Shown here: positions 53,001-64,000 of the stretch, piece after piece
Position numbering within the stretch: position 1 is the first letter of the stretch
How the letters are laid out: each line of letters begins with the position of its first letter
Program-made: the position numbers and the translations under genes
Origin: Macrostomum lignano
Taxonomy: Eukaryota
Assembly (NCBI GenBank): GCA_002269645.1
Contig: NIVC01002194.1
Location: forward strand, 130,729-194,728
Direction of reading: 5' to 3'
DNA: 64,000 bases
Notes under the pieces: model-generated
Database searches by the model: none
Seen by the model: the letters and a program-made list of their open reading frames with translations, nothing else
Told to the model about the DNA's origin: nothing

Positions 53001-56000
53001 AAGGCTCCATCTGTTCCCTACTCGAACTTACAGACTCCCAAGTCCCCCTGCTCAGTACATATGCAGAAAGTACTTTAGTGTACTTCGACAGGAACCATTG
53101 TGAGTACGAAGCTGAAAACTGAGATCTGGAAGGAAACATTATCAATCTAGAAGCCTACAAGACGCCAAGGCTCCATCTGTTCCCTACTCGAACTTACAGA
53201 CTCCCAAGTCCCCCCTGCTCAGTACATTAATGCAGAAAGTACTTTAGTGTACTTCGACAAGAACCATTGTGAGTACGAAGCTGAAAACTGAGATCTGGAA
53301 GGAAACATTATCAATCTAGAAGCCTACAAGACGCCAAGGCTCCATCTGTTCCCTACTCGAACTTACAGACTCCCAAGTCCCCCCTGCTCAGTACATATGC
53401 AGAAAGTACTTTAGTGTACTTCGACAGGAACCATTGTGAGTACGAAGCTGAAAACTGAGATCTGGAAGGAAACATTATCAATCTAGAAGCCTACAAGACG
53501 CCAAGGCTCCATCTGTTCCCTACTCGAACTTACAGACTCCCAAGTCCCCCCTGCTCAGTACATTAATATGCAGAAAGTACTTTAGTGTACTTCGACAAGA
53601 ACCATTGTGAGTACGAAGCTGAAAACTGAGATCTGGAAGGAAACATTATCAATCTAGAAGCCTACAAGACGCCAAGGCTCCATCTGTTCCCTACTCGAAC
53701 TTACAGACTCCCAAGTCCCCCCTGCTCAGTACATTAATATGCAGAAAGTACTTTAGTGTACTTCGACAAGAACCATTGTGAGTACGAAGCTGAAAACTGA
53801 GATCTGGAAGGAAACATTATCAATCTAGAAGCCTACAAGACGCCAAGGCTCCATCTGTTCCCTACTCGAACTTACAGACTCCCAAGTCCCCCCTGCTCAG
53901 TACATTAATATGCAGAAAGTACTTTAGTGTACTTCGACAAGAACCATTGTGAGTACGAAGCTGAAAACTGAGATCTGGAAGGAAACATTATCAATCTAGA
54001 AGCCTACAAGACGCCAAGGCTCCATCTGTTCCCTACTCGAACTTACAGACTCCCAAGTCCCCCCTGCTCAGTACATTAATATGCAGAAAGTACTTTAGTG
54101 TACTTCGACAGAACCATTGTGAGTACGAAGCTGAAAACTGAGATCTGGAAGGAAACATTATCAATCTAGAAGCCTACAAGACGCCAAGGCTCCATCTGTT
54201 CCCTACTCGAACTTACAGACTCCCAAGTCCCCCCTGCTCAGTACATTAATATGCAGAAAGTACTTTAGTGTACTTCGACAAGAACCATTGTGAGTACGAA
54301 GCTGAAAACTGAGATCTGGAAGGAAACATTATCAATCTAGAAGCCTACAAGACGCCAAGGCTCCATCTGTTCCCTACTCGAACTTACAGACTCCCAAGTC
54401 CCCCCTGCTCAGTACATTAATATGCAGAAAGTACTTTAGTGTACTTCGACAGAACCATTGTGAGTACGAAGCTGAAAACTGAGATCTGGAAGGAAACATT
54501 ATCAATCTAGAAGCCTACAAGACGCCAAGGCTCCATCTGTTCCCTACTCGAACTTACAGACTCCCAAGTCCCCCCTGCTCAGTACATTAATATGCAGAAA
54601 GTACTTTAGTGTACTTCGACAGAACCATTGTGAGTACGAAGCTGAAAACTGAGATCTGGAAGGAAACATTATCAATCTAGAAGCCTACAAGACGCCAAGG
54701 CTCCATCTGTTCCCTACTCGAACTTACAGACTCCCAAGTCCCCCCTGCTCAGTACATTAATATGCAGAAAGTACTTTAGTGTACTTCGACAAGAACCATT
54801 GTGAGTACGAAGCTGAAAACTGAGATCTGGAAGGAAACATTATCAATCTAGAAGCCTACAAGACGCCAAGGCTCCATCTGTTCCCTACTCGAACTTACAG
54901 ACTCCCAAGTCCCCCCTGCTCAGTACATTAATATGCAGAAAGTACTTTAGTGTACTTCGACAGAACCATTGTGAGTACGAAGCTGAAAACTGAGATCTGG
55001 AAGGAAACATTATCAATCTAGAAGCCTACAAGACGCCAAGGCTCCATCTGTTCCCTACTCGAACTTACAGACTCCCAAGTCCCCCCTGCTCAGTACATTA
55101 ATATGCAGAAAGTACTTTAGTGTACTTCGACAGAACCATTGTGAGTACGAAGCTGAAAACTGAGATCTGGAAGGAAACATTATCAATCTAGAAGCCTACA
55201 AGACGCCAAGGCTCCATCTGTTCCCTACTCGAACTTACAGACTCCCAAGTCCCCCCTGCTCAGTACATTAATATGCAGAAAGTACTTTAGTGTACTTCGA
55301 CAGAACCATTGTGAGTACGAAGCTGAAAACTGAGATCTGGAAGGAAACATTATCAATCTAGAAGCCTACAAGACGCCAAGGCTCCATCTGTTCCCTACTC
55401 GAACTTACAGACTCCCAAGTCCCCCCTGCTCAGTACATTAATATGCAGAAAGTACTTTAGTGTACTTCGACAAGAACCATTGTGAGTACGAAGCTGAAAA
55501 CTGAGATCTGGAAGGAAACATTATCAATCTAGAAGCCTACAAGACGCCAAGGCTCCATCTGTTCCCTACTCGAACTTACAGACTCCCAAGTCCCCCCTGC
55601 TCAGTACATTAATATGCAGAAAGTACTTTAGTGTACTTCGACAGAACCATTGTGAGTACGAAGCTGAAAACTGAGATCTGGAAGGAAACATTATCAATCT
55701 AGAAGCCTACAAGACGCCAAGGCTCCATCTGTTCCCTACTCGAACTTACAGACTCCCAAGTCCCCCCTGCTCAGTACATTAATATGCAGAAAGTACTTTA
55801 GTGTACTTCGACAAGAACCATTGTGAGTACGAAGCTGAAAACTGAGATCTGGAAGGAAACATTATCAATCTAGAAGCCTACAAGACGCCAAGGCTCCATC
55901 TGTTCCCTACTCGAACTTACAGACTCCCAAGTCCCCCCTGCTCAGTACATTAATATGCAGAAAGTACTTTAGTGTACTTCGACAAGAACCATTGTGAGTA

Positions 56001-59000
56001 CGAAGCTGAAAACTGAGATCTGGAAGGAAACATTATCAATCTAGAAGCCTACAAGACGCCAAGGCTCCATCTGTTCCCTACTCGAACTTACAGACTCCCA
56101 AGTCCCCCCTGCTCAGTACATTAATATGCAGAAAGTACTTTAGTGTACTTCGACAGAACCATTGTGAGTACGAAGCTGAAAACTGAGATCTGGAAGGAAA
56201 CATTATCAATCTAGAAGCCTACAAGACGCCAAGGCTCCATCTGTTCCCTACTCGAACTTACAGACTCCCAAGTCCCCCCTGCTCAGTACATTAATATGCA
56301 GAAAGTACTTTAGTGTACTTCGACAGAACCATTGTGAGTACGAAGCTGAAAACTGAGATCTGGAAGGAAACATTATCAATCTAGAAGCCTACAAGACGCC
56401 AAGGCTCCATCTGTTCCCTACTCGAACTTACAGACTCCCAAGTCCCCCCTGCTCAGTACATTAATATGCAGAAAGTACTTTAGTGTACTTCGACAAGAAC
56501 CATTGTGAGTACGAAGCTGAAAACTGAGATCTGGAAGGAAACATTATCAATCTAGAAGCCTACAAGACGCCAAGGCTCCATCTGTTCCCTACTCGAACTT
56601 ACAGACTCCCAAGTCCCCCCTGCTCAGTACATTAATATGCAGAAAGTACTTTAGTGTACTTCGACAAGAACCATTGTGAGTACGAAGCTGAAAACTGAGA
56701 TCTGGAAGGAAACATTATCAATCTAGAAGCCTACAAGACGCCAAGGCTCCATCTGTTCCCTACTCGAACTTACAGACTCCCAAGTCCCCCCTGCTCAGTA
56801 CATTAATATGCAGAAAGTACTTTAGTGTACTTCGACAGAACCATTGTGAGTACGAAGCTGAAAACTGAGATCTGGAAGGAAACATTATCAATCTAGAAGC
56901 CTACAAGACGCCAAGGCTCCATCTGTTCCCTACTCGAACTTACAGACTCCCAAGTCCCCCCTGCTCAGTACATTAATATGCAGAAAGTACTTTAGTGTAC
57001 TTCGACAGAACCATTGTGAGTACGAAGCTGAAAACTGAGATCTGGAAGGAAACATTATCAATCTAGAAGCCTACAAGACGCCAAGGCTCCATCTGTTCCC
57101 TACTCGAACTTACAGACTCCCAAGTCCCCCCTGCTCAGTACATTAATATGCAGAAAGTACTTTAGTGTACTTCGACAAGAACCATTGTGAGTACGAAGCT
57201 GAAAACTGAGATCTGGAAGGAAACATTATCAATCTAGAAGCCTACAAGACGCCAAGGCTCCATCTGTTCCCTACTCGAACTTACAGACTCCCAAGTCCCC
57301 CCTGCTCAGTACATTAATATGCAGAAAGTACTTTAGTGTACTTCGACAGAACCATTGTGAGTACGAAGCTGAAAACTGAGATCTGGAAGGAAACATTATC
57401 AATCTAGAAGCCTACAAGACGCCAAGGCTCCATCTGTTCCCTACTCGAACTTACAGACTCCCAAGTCCCCCCTGCTCAGTACATTAATATGCAGAAAGTA
57501 CTTTAGTGTACTTCGACAGAACCATTGTGAGTACGAAGCTGAAAACTGAGATCTGGAAGGAAACATTATCAATCTAGAAGCCTACAAGACGCCAAGGCTC
57601 CATCTGTTCCCTACTCGAACTTACAGACTCCCAAGTCCCCCCTGCTCAGTACATTAATATGCAGAAAGTACTTTAGTGTACTTCGACAAGAACCATTGTG
57701 AGTACGAAGCTGAAAACTGAGATCTGGAAGGAAACATTATCAATCTAGAAGCCTACAAGACGCCAAGGCTCCATCTGTTCCCTACTCGAACTTACAGACT
57801 CCCAAGTCCCCCCTGCTCAGTACATTAATATGCAGAAAGTACTTTAGTGTACTTCGACAGAACCATTGTGAGTACGAAGCTGAAAACTGAGATCTGGAAG
57901 GAAACATTATCAATCTAGAAGCCTACAAGACGCCAAGGCTCCATCTGTTCCCTACTCGAACTTACAGACTCCCAAGTCCCCCCTGCTCAGTACATTAATA
58001 TGCAGAAAGTACTTTAGTGTACTTCGACAGAACCATTGTGAGTACGAAGCTGAAAACTGAGATCTGGAAGGAAACATTATCAATCTAGAAGCCTACAAGA
58101 CGCCAAGGCTCCATCTGTTCCCTACTCGAACTTACAGACTCCCAAGTCCCCCCTGCTCAGTACATTAATATGCAGAAAGTACTTTAGTGTACTTCGACAA
58201 GAACCATTGTGAGTACGAAGCTGAAAACTGAGATCTGGAAGGAAACATTATCAATCTAGAAGCCTACAAGACGCCAAGGCTCCATCTGTTCCCTACTCGA
58301 ACTTACAGACTCCCAAGTCCCCCTGCTCAGTACATCATGCAGAAAGTACTTTAGTGTACTTCGACAGAACCATTGTGAGTACGAAGCTGAAAACTGAGAT
58401 CTGGAAGGAAACATTATCAATCTAGAAGCCTACAAGACGCCAAGGCTCCATCTGTTCCCTACTCGAACTTACAGACTCCCAAGTCCCCCCTGCTCAGTAC
58501 ATTAATATGCAGAAAGTACTTTAGTGTACTTCGACAAGAACCATTGTGAGTACGAAGCTGAAAACTGAGATCTGGAAGGAAACATTATCAATCTAGAAGC
58601 CTACAAGACGCCAAGGCTCCATCTGTTCCCTACTCGAACTTACAGACTCCCAAGTCCCCCCTGCTCAGTACATTAATATGCAGAAAGTACTTTAGTGTAC
58701 TTCGACAGAACCATTGTGAGTACGAAGCTGAAAACTGAGATCTGGAAGGAAACATTATCAATCTAGAAGCCTACAAGACGCCAAGGCTCCATCTGTTCCC
58801 TACTCGAACTTACAGACTCCCAAGTCCCCCCTGCTCAGTACATTAATATGCAGAAAGTACTTTAGTGTACTTCGACAGAACCATTGTGAGTACGAAGCTG
58901 AAAACTGAGATCTGGAAGGAAACATTATCAATCTAGAAGCCTACAAGACGCCAAGGCTCCATCTGTTCCCTACTCGAACTTACAGACTCCCAAGTCCCCC

Positions 59001-62000
59001 CTGCTCAGTACATTAATATGCAGAAAGTACTTTAGTGTACTTCGACAAGAACCATTGTGAGTACGAAGCTGAAAACTGAGATCTGGAAGGAAACATTATC
59101 AATCTAGAAGCCTACAAGACGCCAAGGCTCCATCTGTTCCCTACTCGAACTTACAGACTCCCAAGTCCCCCCTGCTCAGTACATTAATATGCAGAAAGTA
59201 CTTTAGTGTACTTCGACAGAACCATTGTGAGTACGAAGCTGAAAACTGAGATCTGGAAGGAAACATTATCAATCTAGAAGCCTACAAGACGCCAAGGCTC
59301 CATCTGTTCCCTACTCGAACTTACAGACTCCCAAGTCCCCCCTGCTCAGTACATTAATATGCAGAAAGTACTTTAGTGTACTTCGACAGAACCATTGTGA
59401 GTACGAAGCTGAAAACTGAGATCTGGAAGGAAACATTATCAATCTAGAAGCCTACAAGACGCCAAGGCTCCATCTGTTCCCTACTCGAACTTACAGACTC
59501 CCAAGTCCCCCCTGCTCAGTACATTAATATGCAGAAAGTACTTTAGTGTACTTCGACAGAACCATTGTGAGTACGAAGCTGAAAACTGAGATCTGGAAGG
59601 AAACATTATCAATCTAGAAGCCTACAAGACGCCAAGGCTCCATCTGTTCCCTACTCGAACTTACAGACTCCCAAGTCCCCCCTGCTCAGTACATTAATAT
59701 GCAGAAAGTACTTTAGTGTACTTCGACAAGAACCATTGTGAGTACGAAGCTGAAAACTGAGATCTGGAAGGAAACATTATCAATCTAGAAGCCTACAAGA
59801 CGCCAAGGCTCCATCTGTTCCCTACTCGAACTTACAGACTCCCAAGTCCCCCCTGCTCAGTACATTAATATGCAGAAAGTACTTTAGTGTACTTCGACAG
59901 AACCATTGTGAGTACGAAGCTGAAAACTGAGATCTGGAAGGAAACATTATCAATCTAGAAGCCTACAAGACGCCAAGGCTCCATCTGTTCCCTACTCGAA
60001 CTTACAGACTCCCAAGTCCCCCCTGCTCAGTACATTAATATGCAGAAAGTACTTTAGTGTACTTCGACAAGAACCATTGTGAGTACGAAGCTGAAAACTG
60101 AGATCTGGAAGGAAACATTATCAATCTAGAAGCCTACAAGACGCCAAGGCTCCATCTGTTCCCTACTCGAACTTACAGACTCCCAAGTCCCCCCTGCTCA
60201 GTACATTAATATGCAGAAAGTACTTTAGTGTACTTCGACAGAACCATTGTGAGTACGAAGCTGAAAACTGAGATCTGGAAGGAAACATTATCAATCTAGA
60301 AGCCTACAAGACGCCAAGGCTCCATCTGTTCCCTACTCGAACTTACAGACTCCCAAGTCCCCCCTGCTCAGTACATTAATATGCAGAAAGTACTTTAGTG
60401 TACTTCGACAGAACCATTGTGAGTACGAAGCTGAAAACTGAGATCTGGAAGGAAACATTATCAATCTAGAAGCCTACAAGACGCCAAGGCTCCATCTGTT
60501 CCCTACTCGAACTTACAGACTCCCAAGTCCCCCCTGCTCAGTACATTAATATGCAGAAAGTACTTTAGTGTACTTCGACAGAACCATTGTGAGTACGAAG
60601 CTGAAAACTGAGATCTGGAAGGAAACATTATCAATCTAGAAGCCTACAAGACGCCAAGGCTCCATCTGTTCCCTACTCGAACTTACAGACTCCCAAGTCC
60701 CCCCTGCTCAGTACATTAATATGCAGAAAGTACTTTAGTGTACTTCGACAGAACCATTGTGAGTACGAAGCTGAAAACTGAGATCTGGAAGGAAACATTA
60801 TCAATCTAGAAGCCTACAAGACGCCAAGGCTCCATCTGTTCCCTACTCGAACTTACAGACTCCCAAGTCCCCCCTGCTCAGTACATTAATATGCAGAAAG
60901 TACTTTAGTGTACTTCGACAAGAACCATTGTGAGTACGAAGCTGAAAACTGAGATCTGGAAGGAAACATTATCAATCTAGAAGCCTACAAGACGCCAAGG
61001 CTCCATCTGTTCCCTACTCGAACTTACAGACTCCCAAGTCCCCCCTGCTCAGTACATTAATATGCAGAAAGTACTTTAGTGTACTTCGACAGAACCATTG
61101 TGAGTACGAAGCTGAAAACTGAGATCTGGAAGGAAACATTATCAATCTAGAAGCCTACAAGACGCCAAGGCTCCATCTGTTCCCTACTCGAACTTACAGA
61201 CTCCCAAGTCCCCCCTGCTCAGTACATTAATATGCAGAAAGTACTTTAGTGTACTTCGACAAGAACCATTGTGAGTACGAAGCTGAAAACTGAGATCTGG
61301 AAGGAAACATTATCAATCTAGAAGCCTACAAGACGCCAAGGCTCCATCTGTTCCCTACTCGAACTTACAGACTCCCAAGTCCCCCCTGCTCAGTACATTA
61401 ATATGCAGAAAGTACTTTAGTGTACTTCGACAAGAACCATTGTGAGTACGAAGCTGAAAACTGAGATCTGGAAGGAAACATTATCAATCTAGAAGCCTAC
61501 AAGACGCCAAGGCTCCATCTGTTCCCTACTCGAACTTACAGACTCCCAAGTCCCCCCTGCTCAGTACATTAATATGCAGAAAGTACTTTAGTGTACTTCG
61601 ACAGAACCATTGTGAGTACGAAGCTGAAAACTGAGATCTGGAAGGAAACATTATCAATCTAGAAGCCTACAAGACGCCAAGGCTCCATCTGTTCCCTACT
61701 CGAACTTACAGACTCCCAAGTCCCCCCTGCTCAGTACATTAATATGCAGAAAGTACTTTAGTGTACTTCGACAGAACCATTGTGAGTACGAAGCTGAAAA
61801 CTGAGATCTGGAAGGAAACATTATCAATCTAGAAGCCTACAAGACGCCAAGGCTCCATCTGTTCCCTACTCGAACTTACAGACTCCCAAGTCCCCCTGCT
61901 CAGTACATTAATATGCAGAAAGTACTTTAGTGTACTTCGACAGAACCATTGTGAGTACGAAGCTGAAAACTGAGATCTGGAAGGAAACATTATCAATCTA

Positions 62001-64000
62001 GAAGCCTACAAGACGCCAAGGCTCCATCTGTTCCCTACTCGAACTTACAGACTCCCAAGTCCCCCCTGCTCAGTACATTAATATGCAGAAAGTACTTTAG
62101 TGTACTTCGACAGAACCATTGTGAGTACGAAGCTGAAAACTGAGATCTGGAAGGAAACATTATCAATCTAGAAGCCTACAAGACGCCAAGGCTCCATCTG
62201 TTCCCTACTCGAACTTACAGACTCCCAAGTCCCCCCTGCTCAGTACATTAATATGCAGAAAGTACTTTAGTGTACTTCGACAAGAACCATTGTGAGTACG
62301 AAGCTGAAAACTGAGATCTGGAAGGAAACATTATCAATCTAGAAGCCTACAAGACGCCAAGGCTCCATCTGTTCCCTACTCGAACTTACAGACTCCCAAG
62401 TCCCCCCTGCTCAGTACATTAATATGCAGAAAGTACTTTAGTGTACTTCGACAGAACCATTGTGAGTACGAAGCTGAAAACTGAGATCTGGAAGGAAACA
62501 TTATCAATCTAGAAGCCTACAAGACGCCAAGGCTCCATCTGTTCCCTACTCGAACTTACAGACTCCCAAGTCCCCCCTGCTCAGTACATTAATATGCAGA
62601 AAGTACTTTAGTGTACTTCGACAAGAACCATTGTGAGTACGAAGCTGAAAACTGAGATCTGGAAGGAAACATTATCAATCTAGAAGCCTACAAGACGCCA
62701 AGGCTCCATCTGTTCCCTACTCGAACTTACAGACTCCCAAGTCCCCCTGCTCAGTACATTAATATGCAGAAAGTACTTTAGTGTACTTCGACAGAACCAT
62801 TGTGAGTACGAAGCTGAAAACTGAGATCTGGAAGGAAACATTATCAATCTAGAAGCCTACAAGACGCCAAGGCTCCATCTGTTCCCTACTCGAACTTACA
62901 GACTCCCAAGTCCCCCCTGCTCAGTACATTAATGCAGAAAGTACTTTAGTGTACTTCGACAAGAACCATTGTGAGTACGAAGCTGAAAACTGAGATCTGG
63001 AAGGAAACATTATCAATCTAGAAGCCTACAAGACGCCAAGGCTCCATCTGTTCCCTACTCGAACTTACAGACTCCCAAGTCCCCCCTGCTCAGTACATTA
63101 ATATGCAGAAAGTACTTTAGTGTACTTCGACAGGAACCATTGTGAGTACGAAGCTGAAAACTGAGATCTGGAAGGAAACATTATCAATCTAGAAGCCTAC
63201 AAGACGCCAAGGCTCCATCTGTTCCCTACTCGAACTTACAGACTCCCAAGTCCCCCCTGCTCAGTACATTAATATGCAGAAAGTACTTTAGTGTACTTCG
63301 ACAGGAACCATTGTGAGTACGAAGCTGAAAACTGAGATCTGGAAGGAAACATTATCAATCTAGAAGCCTACAAGACGCCAAGGCTCCATCTGTTCCCTAC
63401 TCGAACTTACAGACTCCCAAGTCCCCCCTGCTCAGTACATTAATATGCAGAAAGTACTTTAGTGTACTTCGACAAGAACCATTGTGAGTACGAAGCTGAA
63501 AACTGAGATCTGGAAGGAAACATTATCAATCTAGAAGCCTACAAGACGCCAAGGCTCCATCTGTTCCCTACTCGAACTTACAGACTCCCAAGTCCCCCCT
63601 GCTCAGTACATTAATATGCAGAAAGTACTTTAGTGTACTTCGACAGAACCATTGTGAGTACGAAGCTGAAAACTGAGATCTGGAAGGAAACATTATCAAT
63701 CTAGAAGCCTACAAGACGCCAAGGCTCCATCTGTTCCCTACTCGAACTTACAGACTCCCAAGTCCCCCCTGCTCAGTACATTAATATGCAGAAAGTACTT
63801 TAGTGTACTTCGACAAGAACCATTGTGAGTACGAAGCTGAAAACTGAGATCTGGAAGGAAACATTATCAATCTAGAAGCCTACAAGACGCCAAGGCTCCA
63901 TCTGTTCCCTACTCGAACTTACAGACTCCCAAGTCCCCCTGCTCAGTACATTAATATGCAGAAAGTACTTTAGTGTACTTCGACAGGAACCATTGTGAGT
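50004..64000. repeat. 171-bp satellite DNA array, ~82 tandem monomers, continuing beyond the window
   Basis: Monomers start at 50004, 50175, 50346 and so on. Unit tactttagtgtacttcgacaagaaccattgtgagtacgaagctgaaaactgagatctggaaggaaacattatcaatctagaagcctacaagacgccaaggctccatctgttccctactcgaacttacagactcccaagtcccccctgctcagtacattaatatgcagaaag, with 168-171-bp variants. Confidence 0.99.

Noticed and set aside
50004-64000. CRISPR array, tandem RNA genes (5S, SL, snRNA) or hammerhead-ribozyme satellite
   Set aside because: There are no unique spacers. I recognised no 5S or snRNA sequence and no Sm site. There is no CUGANGA core on either strand (only ctgagat, ctgaaaa, ctgagca). The minus-strand gttcgagta is an imperfect B box with no convincing A box.

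Overview
This is eukaryotic (animal, invertebrate) genomic DNA with GT-AG introns. The GC-rich coding style and heavy load of intronic minisatellites are consistent with a free-living flatworm such as Macrostomum; that taxon is an inference, not verified. Host genes rebuilt by hand from splice sites: a ZU5-ZU5-UPA-DEATH (DTHD1/PIDD/ankyrin-like) gene (- strand, 2805-7608); a class C mGluR-like GPCR (+, 10159-15684); an orphan repeat-containing ORF (+, 16694-17875); an actin gene with a CArG/TATA promoter (+, 21577-23001); an 89-aa dynein light chain gene missed by the ORF track (-, 24702-25289); and p70 S6 kinase (-, about 30116-48426). Mobile DNA: two Tc1/IS630 relics, two tRNA-derived CORE-type SINE copies, a tyrosine-recombinase relic, a solo LTR, a 1184-bp P-element deletion derivative with perfect TIRs, an 8-bp TSD and an intact spliced THAP-only ORF, a 5'-truncated LINE with a 17-bp TSD nested in a Tc1 relic, a degenerate RT+RNase H LINE, and a 2.3-kb composite TIR element with an 8-bp TSD. 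There are about 20 micro/minisatellites. The last 14 kb is a very homogeneous 171-bp satellite (about 82 copies) running off the window end. I found no rRNA, bona fide tRNA or CRISPR array.
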